The notes: generated by a model not told the origin, from the sequence alone. A stretch of 64,000 bases of DNA from an uncultured bacterium (GCA_963713955.1 OY970216.1:442252-506251), one strand, 5' to 3'. Counted from the first letter of the stretch, positions 20,063-29,583 are shown. A program made the numbers and translations.

Positions 20063-20971
20063 ATGAAGACACTTTATACTGAAGCGTCATCCAATGTCAG
20101 GAAGACGTGGATTCTCCTCACGGGAGTTTTTGTTTTGATCATCGCTCTCGGGTGGATTTTCAGCCAGGTTTACGATTCGCCCGGCATTTTGGTCTTCGCC
20201 GTCATTTTGAGCATTGTTTTGAATGTTGTGAGCTACTGGTACTCCGACAAAATCGTTCTTGCAACGAGCGGCGCCAAGCAAATCCAAAAGCAGGAGAACC
20301 CGGAACTTTGGAGGATCGTCGAGAATCTCTCGATCGCCGCGGGCCTTCCGATGCCCAAGCTCTACGTCGTGCCGGTCGCGGCCCCCAACGCGTTCGCGAC
20401 GGGGCGCGATAAGGAACATGCGTCGGTCGCCGTGACGCAGGGTCTCCTTCAAATTATGAACAAGGACGAACTCGAAGGAGTTCTCGCCCACGAGCTGTCG
20501 CATGTGGGAAACAGGGATATGCTGGTTTCGACCGTCGTCGTCGTTCTCGTGGGGGTGATATCGGTCCTAGCTGATTGGTTTCTCCGGATGAGTTTCTGGG
20601 GCGGCAGGAGAAACGACCGGGAAGGAGAAGGAAATCTCTTGTTTTTTCTTGGTATCGTCGGAGCCATTCTCGCGCCGATTGCCGCAATGCTGATCCAACT
20701 TGCCATATCGAGGAAACGGGAGTCCTTGGCGGATGTTTCCGGAGCGCTTCTCACGCGCTATCCGCAAGGTTTGGCAAGCGCGCTGGAAAAGATAGAAAAA
20801 TATCCCTTCCCCACGGCAGGCGCGAGTTCGGCGACCGCCCACCTTTATTTCGCAAATCCTTTCAAAGCCGACGCGGGGAACTCCAAAAAGACTCCGTTTT
20901 TTGTTAAACTCTTTATGACCCATCCGCCCATCGAAGAGCGCATTAAGGTCTTGAGGCAGATGTCACTATGA
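20063..20971 (+). CDS. htpX: membrane zinc metalloprotease HtpX (M48)
   Basis: HELSHV zinc motif, TM helices. Confidence 0.9.
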   Translation: MKTLYTEASSNVRKTWILLTGVFVLIIALGWIFSQVYDSPGILVFAVILSIVLNVVSYWYSDKIVLATSGAKQIQKQENPELWRIVENLSIAAGLPMPKLYVVPVAAPNAFATGRDKEHASVAVTQGLLQIMNKDELEGVLAHELSHVGNRDMLVSTVVVVLVGVISVLADWFLRMSFWGGRRNDREGEGNLLFFLGIVGAILAPIAAMLIQLAISRKRESLADVSGALLTRYPQGLASALEKIEKYPFPTAGASSATAHLYFANPFKADAGNSKKTPFFVKLFMTHPPIEERIKVLRQMSL

Positions 20972-21660
20972 AATATAAATTCGGAAAAACGATCGTCATT
21001 GCCCTCGGAGGTTCGATTGTCTATCCCAAGGACATTGACATTTCTTTTCTCAAGAATTTCAAGAAGTTCATCGGGAAAGAAATCAAGAAGGGGAGAAAGT
21101 TCGTGATTGTCGTCGGGGGAGGACAACTCTGCCGACCCTTTCAAAGGGCGGCCGATGAAATCTCTTCTGTTACCGACGAAGACAAGGATTGGATCGGTAT
21201 CCATTCAACGCGCTTGAACGCCCAGCTTCTCCGGACCATTTTCAAGAAAGCGGCGGATCCCGTAGTTTTTGATAAGAGAAAGAAAATAAAGGTTCTGAAA
21301 CATCCCGTCACAGTGGCTTCCGGCTGGCGGCCGGGATGGTCGACTGACTTCGTTGCTGCCGCCATAGCGAAAGACCTGGGCACCGGAGAATTCGTGGTCG
21401 CCGGCAAGCCGGCGTTCGTTTATGATTCCGATCCGTCGCTCCACCGGCGGGCAAAACCGTTCCGTGAAATTGGTTGGAAGGATTATCGGCGGCTCATCCC
21501 CGAAAGATGGGTTCCCGGTTCCCACGCGCCCGTGGATCCCGTGGCCGCCAGGCTTTCACAGGGGGCCGACGTGAAAGCGATAGTGATAAACGGCCGTGAC
21601 ATCCGTAATTTCGGAAATCTCCTGGATGATAGGGAATTTGAAGGAACCGTGATAGGCTGA
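20968..21660 (+). CDS. amino-acid kinase family protein (archaeal-type UMP kinase / isopentenyl-phosphate kinase-like)
   Basis: IVIALGGS and VVGGG motifs. Confidence 0.5.
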   Translation: MKYKFGKTIVIALGGSIVYPKDIDISFLKNFKKFIGKEIKKGRKFVIVVGGGQLCRPFQRAADEISSVTDEDKDWIGIHSTRLNAQLLRTIFKKAADPVVFDKRKKIKVLKHPVTVASGWRPGWSTDFVAAAIAKDLGTGEFVVAGKPAFVYDSDPSLHRRAKPFREIGWKDYRRLIPERWVPGSHAPVDPVAARLSQGADVKAIVINGRDIRNFGNLLDDREFEGTVIG

Positions 21661-21687
21661 TCCCGGATTTTACGCGGCTCTGTCTCT

Positions 21688-22077
21688 ATGAAAAGAAAAG
21701 CGGATGAATACATAAAATTTACCCTTGTCCTCCTCGTTATCATATTGGCGGCGCTCCTCGTCGCTTTTATCAAAGAATATTCCGATTTGAGAAAAGCGGA
21801 AGTTCTGGGTCCCCGGGAGGCTTTCCTCGGCGCCGTAAGCCGCCATGGCCCCTTCACGGTGAATGATCTCGGTATAATTCAAGGGTGGATGACGTTCGAC
21901 TACGTGAACAAGCTTTTCGGCTTGCCGTCCAACTACCTCAAATCCAATCTCAACATCTCGGATCCCCATTATCCCAGGCTTCTTATCTACCGATACGCCG
22001 AGAAGAATAAGATGGGTCTGCAATCTTTTCTCAATGAGGTGAGAAACTCAATTCGCAGTTATCTCGCAAACAAATAG
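21688..22077 (+). CDS. hypothetical membrane-anchored protein
   Basis: N-terminal TM helix, no recognised domain. Confidence 0.45.
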   Translation: MKRKADEYIKFTLVLLVIILAALLVAFIKEYSDLRKAEVLGPREAFLGAVSRHGPFTVNDLGIIQGWMTFDYVNKLFGLPSNYLKSNLNISDPHYPRLLIYRYAEKNKMGLQSFLNEVRNSIRSYLANK

Positions 22078-22080
22078 ATA

Positions 22081-22680
22081 ATGGGATCAATACTGACTTT
22101 TCTTCTCTCTTATCTCCTTCTCTATAAGTACGCGGCACTTTTCTTGATAGTCTTCTCGTCGGCCATGATACTGCCCTTGCCGGTGACGGAGGTCATGCTC
22201 GCCGTGGGAGCGTTCGTCGGCCAAGGCTATTTCGACTTTATAATCTCCCTTACCGTCGCCCAAGTTGCCAACGTTTTGGGCGATCTCGTGGACTACGCGA
22301 TAGCCAGGAAATACGGTTATGGGGTTATCCATAAATTGAGACTAAATAGATCCCGTTTTTTTACAAAGTTGGAACAGGAAATGCAGGTGCACGCGAGATC
22401 GACCATTTTCGTGACTCGTTTCGCCGGAGGATTGGGACCCGTTGTCAATCTTCTCTCCGGAGCCATAGGGATATCTCTCCGAAAGTTCCTTGTTTACGAT
22501 TTTGCCGGTAACCTCGTTTACTACATCGCGGCGCTTTTGATCGGATACTGGGCCGGAAGTTATTGGGAGAACTTCTCGGAGCTCATGAGTCTCGTCGTGG
22601 GAATCTTAGTCGTCGTCGTCGTGATGATTGCTCTTTGGAGGATTTACAAAAGAATAAGATTGAACCACTCCAAACATTAG
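22081..22680 (+). CDS. DedA/SNARE-associated family membrane protein
   Basis: DedA-like topology and motifs. Confidence 0.75.
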   Translation: MGSILTFLLSYLLLYKYAALFLIVFSSAMILPLPVTEVMLAVGAFVGQGYFDFIISLTVAQVANVLGDLVDYAIARKYGYGVIHKLRLNRSRFFTKLEQEMQVHARSTIFVTRFAGGLGPVVNLLSGAIGISLRKFLVYDFAGNLVYYIAALLIGYWAGSYWENFSELMSLVVGILVVVVVMIALWRIYKRIRLNHSKH

Positions 22681-22683
22681 GAG

Positions 22684-22756
22684 ACCCGGCAAGCCGAAAA
22701 AGTGTGCGCTCCGGGGCGCTAGCCCAAGTCTTACCCACTTTTTCGCCTCACCGGGC
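22684..22756. repeat. structured palindromic repeat, family F1 copy A, between convergent genes
   Basis: cccggcaagccGAAAAAGTGtgcgctccgGGGCgctaGCCCaagtcttaccCACTTTTTCgcctcaccggg. Confidence 0.7.
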
Positions 22757-22770
22757 CTCCTGTGGTAGAT

Positions 22771-23583
22771 TTAATCCTTTGAAAGCGTCAAGAGAAGCGG
22801 GTCGTGGTCCGAGAGCGGGGGATCCAGGTATTCCGGTTCATATTTCACGACCCTCAAGCCCATTTTATCGATGTTTCTGACGAGCATGTAATCGTATCTT
22901 TTGGGGAAACGTATCCTGTTTCGCCAATTGTCGACGTACGCGTTGCCGGGCCGGTAGGTCGGTTGCATTCGCTCGCCGTCCTCGAGTTTTATCGGGCTCG
23001 AGAATCCCGTCGTTTTGAAAAGCTCGGTGAATTCGTCTTCTCTCATGAGATAATCCTCGTTGAAATCTCCGGCGATTATCGTCGGCAGTTGGTCGCCGTT
23101 CGTTTTCATGATCATTTTCGTCGTCTGGATGAGACGGATCTTCCGGTCGAAGAAAACGGTCTCATGATGCATGTGAGTGTTCACTATTTTGAGATTACCG
23201 AGAGGAGTCTTAACCGTCACTTCGAGAAATCCTTTTCGTCCGAACGCCTCCGTTATCGTCGAATTCAAGAAGCGACCATAAGGGACAAAGCGGCTGCTTA
23301 CGACGGGGAATTTGGAAAAAACGACCAGTCCGCCGGTTACGTCGAACAATTTGATGAAAAGGATGCGCCGGTGGTCTTTCGCGTCGCCGGCGATTTGATA
23401 TTTGTCCTTGAGTTTGTCGCGCAGAAAGGCACGGTTATAGATATCAAAAGATTCCTGAAGGCAGACGATGTCGGCATCCGAGTTCCGCAGATACTCTGCG
23501 ATGCCAGCTACCCTCTTTTTTCTGTCCTTGACGAACCAGAACGGCAAATCCCAAATATTGAAGGTGATAATCTTTATTTGCAC
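22771..23583 (-). CDS. endonuclease/exonuclease/phosphatase (EEP) family protein
   Basis: EEP fold motifs (ITFNIW...CLQE...D...HD). Confidence 0.75.
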   Translation of the reverse strand: MQIKIITFNIWDLPFWFVKDRKKRVAGIAEYLRNSDADIVCLQESFDIYNRAFLRDKLKDKYQIAGDAKDHRRILFIKLFDVTGGLVVFSKFPVVSSRFVPYGRFLNSTITEAFGRKGFLEVTVKTPLGNLKIVNTHMHHETVFFDRKIRLIQTTKMIMKTNGDQLPTIIAGDFNEDYLMREDEFTELFKTTGFSSPIKLEDGERMQPTYRPGNAYVDNWRNRIRFPKRYDYMLVRNIDKMGLRVVKYEPEYLDPPLSDHDPLLLTLSKD

Positions 23584-23654
23584 GTTACTCTATGGTAGAG
23601 AATACGCGCTGTTGAGTCAATCCGTTCCCGGTGATAGAATGGGTGTGCTCTCTT

Positions 23655-23739
23655 GGAGGGGTCGCATAGTGGCCTAGTGCGCGCGCTTGGAGAGCGCGTA
23701 TACCGCAAGGTATCGTGGGTTCGAATCCCACTCCCTCCG
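23655..23739 (+). tRNA. tRNA-Ser (anticodon GGA), class II
   Basis: manual fold; anticodon loop TTGGAGA; variable arm TATACCGCAAGGTATC resembles that of a bacterial tRNA-Ser(GGA); promoter TTGAGT..TAGAAT upstream. Confidence 0.8.
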
Positions 23740-23751
23740 CAAATCAAATAT

Positions 23752-24156
23752 TTAATTACTTTTAAGGTATCTTAGAAAAATATTCTTGATCTCTGTTCGA
23801 AAAGGAATGTTATCCAACACCGTGAGTGGTATCCATTCGAGATGATAAATGTTGTCGGGGGATTGCCGCTTTACCTCGGGACCGCCGAGCCTTGGCTCTC
23901 CCTTGAACGAATCAGCAATATAAAATGACTCGAGGGAGTCGTTGATTTTCAGAGAATCGATCTTCTTGCCTAAAATAATATCCAGTCCCGTTTCCTCCTT
24001 GATTTCGCGCACCGCGGTTTGCCCTTCGGTTTCTCCTGATTTCATTCCTCCGCCCGGCACGGCGTAGTATTCTTTCCCGTCCTTGAAGCGGTAGAGGAGA
24101 AGTATCCTGCCATGGTCGATGATGAATACGGCAACGCGGTGCCTCAGATGAGTCAT
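23752..24156 (-). CDS. NUDIX hydrolase
   Basis: Nudix box GGGMKSGETEGQTAVREIKEETGL. Confidence 0.8.
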   Translation of the reverse strand: MTHLRHRVAVFIIDHGRILLLYRFKDGKEYYAVPGGGMKSGETEGQTAVREIKEETGLDIILGKKIDSLKINDSLESFYIADSFKGEPRLGGPEVKRQSPDNIYHLEWIPLTVLDNIPFRTEIKNIFLRYLKSN

Positions 24157-24816
24157 TTATTGAGTCTCTTGTTCAATGATCGGACGCATTTCTTGAAAAG
24201 TATCGGCGAAATGAATCAGATTAAGATCTCGAAGGTCATGGATAAGAAAATCTTCTTTTAGGGGATTGTTTTTTAGCCAATCCAATAACCCATCCCAATA
24301 TTTTTTATCCGTACAGATGATCGGGACTGTGTCTACGATGTCTGTCTGCATGAGGACGGCATATTCAAAAAGCTCATTAAGAGTACCGTATCCACCGGGG
24401 TAAAAAATAAGAGCTTCGCTCTTTATTGCCATGAGAAAGCGCCGCACGAAAAGAAAGTGAAACGAAAGATCGTGGGTGAAGATAGGATCTTCTACTCTCT
24501 CTCCCTTGAGAAGAAGAGCTCTCAAAGCGATCGAGGGGGCTCCTACTTGCATCCCACCGGAATTTGCGGCGTGCATGATACCTGGGCCCCCGCCACTCAA
24601 TATCGCATAATTGTTTTTCCCGAATTCCGCTCCGAGATTCTTCGCTTGTTGGTAATAGATGCTTTCAGGGGTAATGCGATGAGATCCGAAAAAAGTGACT
24701 ATGGGTTTGTCGACACTATTGAGTAAGGCAAGACCATTGTTAATTTCCTCTCGGACTTTTTCGACGGTCCAATCGACATTTCCGAAGTATTCTTTATTCT
24801 TATGCAGTCTACTCAT
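24157..24816 (-). CDS. LOG family protein (cytokinin riboside 5'-monophosphate phosphoribohydrolase / TIGR00730-like)
   Basis: GGGPGIM and PGGYGTLNEL motifs. Confidence 0.8.
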   Translation of the reverse strand: MSRLHKNKEYFGNVDWTVEKVREEINNGLALLNSVDKPIVTFFGSHRITPESIYYQQAKNLGAEFGKNNYAILSGGGPGIMHAANSGGMQVGAPSIALRALLLKGERVEDPIFTHDLSFHFLFVRRFLMAIKSEALIFYPGGYGTLNELFEYAVLMQTDIVDTVPIICTDKKYWDGLLDWLKNNPLKEDFLIHDLRDLNLIHFADTFQEMRPIIEQETQ

Positions 24817-24843
24817 TTTATAACAAGTCTAGCATGAGTTCTG

Positions 24844-25422
24844 TTATTTGAGTTTTATCTCAATTCGCACGTCAATGCCCTCATCGCCAATCCTTTCGGT
24901 GCTGTTCAGCCACACTTTCTCCGGCACCGCTTTATATATGCGTCTTGGCCGCGAATCAAGGAAACGGCTCACGTCTCTCAAAGTTTTCTTCTTCCTCGTG
25001 TAGAGGAGATAAATCGCTCTCACCATCTCTTTAAGGTCGGTGACTACCGATGCCCGCGCTTGAACGTATACGCCTTCTCCCGTCCCTTCGGGCACGGTTG
25101 AATCATAGATCACGAGGAAAACGTCCGGCTTTTCGGTGATGTTCTTGCTGTGCTGGGCCGCGCGGGGCGAAACCCAATAAAAGGTGTAATTATTCTTATC
25201 GTAGGCGGAGTACACGGGGCTATTCCACGGCTTGCCTTCCGGAGTGACGGTCGCAATCGTGATATAGATTATTTTCTCTATGATCTCTTTCGCGCGTTTT
25301 ACCAATTCCTCCTGCATGCGATAATTGTATCTCTTTAAACTTATCCTATCCAGGGAGCAATCGATCACTGTTTGATCTTTGACAGCGTGAAGCGTCCGGT
25401 GTATTTTATTTTCAATCGGCAT
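24844..25422 (-). CDS. pyridoxamine 5'-phosphate oxidase-like FMN-binding split-barrel protein
   Basis: general-stress-protein-26-type fold motifs; probable ATG start at 25422. Confidence 0.55.
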   Translation of the reverse strand: MPIENKIHRTLHAVKDQTVIDCSLDRISLKRYNYRMQEELVKRAKEIIEKIIYITIATVTPEGKPWNSPVYSAYDKNNYTFYWVSPRAAQHSKNITEKPDVFLVIYDSTVPEGTGEGVYVQARASVVTDLKEMVRAIYLLYTRKKKTLRDVSRFLDSRPRRIYKAVPEKVWLNSTERIGDEGIDVRIEIKLK

Positions 25423-25427
25423 TCTCA

Positions 25428-25727
25428 ATGAAAAAATATTCCATCGGAAAATCGAGGATACACGGTAAGGGAATCATTCTCTCTAAAGATGTTAAGAAAA
25501 ACGAGGCCATTTTTGTTTTCAAGGGAAAGGATATTTATTATTCTGGGGGGATCTGGTGGAAAGAACCGGACTCGCTCCAAGTAGGGTATATCCACTGGAT
25601 AAAGCCACTGGCCGGCTCTCCCGGAGCGTATCTGAACCATTCGTGTAATCCGACTGCCGGCATCCGCGGCAACAGGATTATCGTCGCGATGCAGCCTCTC
25701 AAGAAGTGTAAAGACCCCCAAAGTTAA
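25428..25727 (+). pseudogene. SET-domain protein (lysine methyltransferase fold), C-terminally truncated at the IS copy 2 boundary
   Basis: GKGIILSKDVKKNEAIFVFKG N-SET region and NHSCNPT (NHSCxPN) motif; post-SET ELxxDY region absent; ORF runs into IS end. Confidence 0.6.
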
Positions 25728-26824
25728 GACACTTTTTCGACAAGTTTCTGGTAGCGATTCGAGAACAGTGCAGGCGGCATCCTGAGGGCGGAGTGGATTC
25801 TCCGGTGGTTGTAGTCCCAGACCAGGCGATGGATCTCGTAGACCAGCTCTCCCAGCGATTTGAACCTCTCCGGATCGCCCAGATCCACCTTGAACTGGGA
25901 GTAGAAGGACTCCTGGTAGCCGTTCTCCCATGGCGATGACTTCCTCGATCTCGATATCCTGACGCCGAGGTTCAAAAGAGCTCCGGTGAAGATCCTTGAG
26001 CCATACTCCCTTCCGTTGTCCGAGTGGAAGATGTTGGGTCTCGGATGATGTTCCGCCGCGGAGAAGAGTGCCTGGAGGACCAGAGGCACCGAGTGGGTAT
26101 TCATCACGGCCCAGCCCACGATCTCCCTCGCAAACAAATCCATCACGGTGGCGAGATACAGGAACTTCCCTTGGTACGGGATGTACGTGAAGTCCGCCAC
26201 CCAGATATCGTTCAATCCTTTGGGGAAGTTCTTCTGAAGGAGATTGGGATACAGGATACTCGAGAAGCCCGTTTTCCTTGGCCTTCTGCCCCTTCTCCGA
26301 TATGCCTTCATCCCGAAGAGCCTCATCACCCGTTGGGCTCTTTTTTTGTTGATCTTGAGCTCCAAAGCCACTCTTCTGAAGCCGTATGAAGGATGGTCTC
26401 TCAAGACTGATATGATCCTTTCCTTGAGCGACCAATCCTTGGGCGATTGTTTCGAGACATAGTAGAGGGAGGCGCGGGAGAGGCCGAGTTCACGGGCAAG
26501 TTCCCACTTCGTCTTCTTCTGCTTTTTGATCAACGCTTTTTTTGAGTGCGTGAGGAGGCCAGGGTGAGCTCGCCCACGAGGGCGAGGAGCTCTTCGTTCT
26601 GGCGCTTGAGGCGGACGAGTTCACCGATCGTGGGGGTGCCTTTCACGCCCCTTCCCAGCCAGTTGTATATGGTGGCGGGATTCAGACCGTGTTCCTTGGC
26701 GGCCTGGACGACCGGGATCCCTTCCTCCTTGATTCTCTTCAATATCTGCTCCTTCACCTCGGGAGCAGTGCGATATGTTTTCTTCATGACACAAGGGTAT
26801 ATTGACTTCGACCTTTGTGTCTAA
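25724..26824 (-). mobile_element. IS3-family insertion sequence (copy 2): orfA 26530..26787, orfB 25724..26533; ~50% aa identity to copy 1, so a distinct IS of the same family
   Basis: DDE motifs, orfA/orfB overlap; ends TTAAGACAC ... GTGTCTAA homologous to copy 1 ends. Confidence 0.8.
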
Positions 26825-26845
26825 TATATGGGGGTCAGGCCACTC

Positions 26846-26903
26846 CTTCGCTAAAGCTTCGGACGGGCACAGCGATACTGCGCTGATGCTGGCTGCCGAG
26901 AGT
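26846..26903. repeat. 58-bp direct repeat (family F4 copy a): ctccttcgctaaagcttcggacgggcacagcgatactgcgctga..tggctgccgag, a candidate att site
   Basis: 54/58 identity to 29722-29779, which overlaps the 3' end of tRNA-Gln. Confidence 0.65.
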
Positions 26904-27063
26904 CTATTCTCACCGGTATAGATTTATCCGCTTAAACTCTCACTTTTTATTTTATCACTCCGGTTCGAATTCCGGGCGGGTCGTCAAAAAAACAGAATCA
27001 CGTCTCAAGATGAATGCCTACGCGTTTTCAGTAAGGATATCTATTTTTTGATATAATTAACTT

Positions 27064-27354
27064 ATGAATAAAAAGGTATTATTAATTGTTTTAATAGTCG
27101 TGGTTTTGGCCCTAGCAGGGGGCGGTTACTACTATTGGAAAATAAAAATGCAAAAAGCCCCTGAGGCTTCAAAGCCCGCGGCGCAACAAGCAACGGAGGA
27201 TATTCAAAAAACAGTAACTGGTGTTGCAGCTGACGTTGGCAATAGCGTTTCGCCAAACGTAACAACGCCGATTGTCACTCCGACTCCACAAGACGCCAAT
27301 CCCTATAACAAAACCAATCCTTTTTCAAATTTAAAAACCAACCCTTTCCAATAA
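27064..27354 (+). CDS. small membrane-anchored protein with C-terminal TNPF repeats
   Basis: N-terminal TM helix; NPYNKTNPFSNLKTNPFQ tail; -10 TATAAT at 27050. Confidence 0.5.
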   Translation: MNKKVLLIVLIVVVLALAGGGYYYWKIKMQKAPEASKPAAQQATEDIQKTVTGVAADVGNSVSPNVTTPIVTPTPQDANPYNKTNPFSNLKTNPFQ

Positions 27355-27363
27355 ATAGAAACG

Positions 27364-29583
27364 ATGAATAAAAAAACTTTAAGCGTTCTCGTTATTATTT
27401 CCGGAATTTTAGTTTCTGGCGCAATAATCGGTTTTGCTAAGGCCCAAATAACAACGAATCAGTCGGTGCAAACTCAGCCACCGCAACCGCAGGAACAACA
27501 AACGCCAGAGAACATCCAATATCCCATAAAGGAATTGGGCAATTGCCAAAGCAAAGAAGATTGCAAGGTTTTTTGCGATGATTCCAAAAATTCCGATGCC
27601 TGTCTGGCTTTTGCCCAGCAAAATAATTTGATGAGTTCTGATGAAATAGTCACCGCCAAAAAATTTATGGATAACGGCATGGTCGGCCCGGGCGGCTGCA
27701 AGGGACAAACCGCATGCGATCAATACTGCGGCAACTCCGATCATTTGGAAGAATGCATCACTTTCGCCCAAAAAAATGGGATGATGTCAGCCCAGCAACT
27801 GCAAGATTCCCAAAAGGTTTTGGCGGCTATCAAGAACGGACTAAAACCTCCTGCTTGCGCCGGCCCTCAACAATGCAACGCATATTGCAGTAGCCCCGAC
27901 CATATGGAGGAGTGTATGACCTTTTCTTTGGCGGCTGGAATTGTACCGGACAATCAGAAAGCACAAATGCAAAAGACCTTGGATGCCATAAAACAAGGTG
28001 TAAAACCACCGGCTTGCCAACCAACCCCGCCGCCCGGTCAAATACAATCCAGCCAGTCCGGACAGAGTCTGCCGGCATGCGACACGTATTGCAGTAGCCC
28101 CGACCATATGGAGGAGTGTATGACCTTTTCTTTGGCGGCTGGTATGGTGTCGGACAATCAGAAGGCACAGGTACAGAAAACTTTGGATGCCATAAAGCAG
28201 GGCATCAAACCACCGGCTTGCCAACCTAACCCACCTGGCCAGTCCGGCAAACCCGGACAGCCTGGACAATCCAGTCAAACCAATCAATCCAGTCAATCTG
28301 GACAGGGACTGCAACCATGTGACCAATATTGCGCAGACCCCACTCACGTTGAAGAATGCGTGAAATTTTCCGTGGCAATGGGAAACATGACCGAACAGCA
28401 GGCGCAAACTGCCATAAAAAACGGCAACAAGGGTCCCGGCGGATGCATCGGTAAAGATGCCTGTGACGCTTTCTGTAATAATCCCGACAACCAAGAAACT
28501 TGTTTCAATTTTGCCAAAGACAACGGAATGGTCCCGCAAGACCAACTTCAACAAATGCAAGCTAGCCAGCAAAAGATGAAAGATTCTTTCAGTCAGATAC
28601 CTGCGGAGGTTCTAACTTGCATAACGAACTCGGCGGGTGCCGATGTAGTTGAGGAGATGAAAAGCGGTTCGTTTATACCCAGCCAAAGCGGTGAAGCCAT
28701 AAACCAGTGTTTTCGGAATTATGCTCCGCAGAACCAAGTACCGAATCAAAATCAGCCTGGACAGCCAGGGCAAGGCGGCCCGAATAATATGCCCGGAGAT
28801 TTAAGGGATTGCCTTCAATCTCAAGTTGGCGAAGATGGTCTGGCGAAAATTCAATCAGGAAATGTTGATGACCCCGTTTTAATGGAAAAAGCAAAAACTT
28901 GCTTTGATAAATACGGCCAGCCTGGTCAATCTAATCAACCGATGAATCCAGGACAGCCTAACCAGTCGGGACAATCCGGTTCAATGCAACCAATGATGCC
29001 CGGTGTTCAGTTTGCTTCGGGAACCGGTCCGAATGTGCCGTCATCTCCCCAGCAGGGAGTCATGTCGTCCGGAACCCAATTTGCTCCCCGTACAGGACCG
29101 AGTATGCCGCCGCCAAATTTTCAAAATAATTTTCCCGGCGGACCGGCAAGCGGCACAACTATTGTGGGACCAGGCGGTTGCAAGACTCCCCAAGAATGCG
29201 CGGCGTTCTGCGCTAGCAATCCTCAAATCTGCAACAATTTCCAGCCGCCATCTTCCGGGCAGCAGGGGCAAATGCAGCCGATGATGCCTCCGCAAGGAAT
29301 GAAGTCTGGCACAGAGTTCGCTTCCGGAACCAGTCCGAATATGCCACCGCAGGAAGGAATGCCCCTGAATCCGACAACGCCGCTCAATGAGACGAAATCT
29401 CCTCCCGGAGGAACGCAGCCTCAGTCCGGAACGCAAGAGATGATACCGCAAGGCGGAATGCAGCCATTCGTGTCTCCGCCTCCTCCGCCTGCGCCCGGAA
29501 CTACATCGACCACATCTGGCTTGCAGAACCAAGAATTCCTCGGGGCATTGATTGAATTGTTCCGGCCCGTATTCGGCCTCTAA
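27364..29583 (+). CDS. secreted cysteine-rich repeat protein: signal peptide, seven CX5CX3CX8C modules, Q/P-rich linkers, proline-rich C-terminus
   Basis: Sec signal MNKKTLSVLVIISGILVSGAIIGFAKAQ; modules such as GPGGCKGQTACDQYCGNSDHLEEC...FAQKNGMM; repeats 3 and 4 near-identical at DNA level. Confidence 0.75.
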   Translation: MNKKTLSVLVIISGILVSGAIIGFAKAQITTNQSVQTQPPQPQEQQTPENIQYPIKELGNCQSKEDCKVFCDDSKNSDACLAFAQQNNLMSSDEIVTAKKFMDNGMVGPGGCKGQTACDQYCGNSDHLEECITFAQKNGMMSAQQLQDSQKVLAAIKNGLKPPACAGPQQCNAYCSSPDHMEECMTFSLAAGIVPDNQKAQMQKTLDAIKQGVKPPACQPTPPPGQIQSSQSGQSLPACDTYCSSPDHMEECMTFSLAAGMVSDNQKAQVQKTLDAIKQGIKPPACQPNPPGQSGKPGQPGQSSQTNQSSQSGQGLQPCDQYCADPTHVEECVKFSVAMGNMTEQQAQTAIKNGNKGPGGCIGKDACDAFCNNPDNQETCFNFAKDNGMVPQDQLQQMQASQQKMKDSFSQIPAEVLTCITNSAGADVVEEMKSGSFIPSQSGEAINQCFRNYAPQNQVPNQNQPGQPGQGGPNNMPGDLRDCLQSQVGEDGLAKIQSGNVDDPVLMEKAKTCFDKYGQPGQSNQPMNPGQPNQSGQSGSMQPMMPGVQFASGTGPNVPSSPQQGVMSSGTQFAPRTGPSMPPPNFQNNFPGGPASGTTIVGPGGCKTPQECAAFCASNPQICNNFQPPSSGQQGQMQPMMPPQGMKSGTEFASGTSPNMPPQEGMPLNPTTPLNETKSPPGGTQPQSGTQEMIPQGGMQPFVSPPPPPAPGTTSTTSGLQNQEFLGALIELFRPVFGL

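Noticed and set aside
23752-25727. NUDIX-LOG-PNPOx-SET neighbourhood as a candidate signalling or defence module
   Set aside because: The LOG protein carries canonical housekeeping LOG motifs (PGGxGTxxE), and the neighbours are common metabolic genes. There are no effector or sensor domains (TIR, SIR2, nuclease, TM effector).
26962-26995. TTCGAAT-containing tRNA-like fragments inside the island (also 29592-29620)
   Set aside because: The stems do not pair into a convincing T-arm and the similarity is limited to the generic T-loop motif. They are kept only as a note within the island finding.
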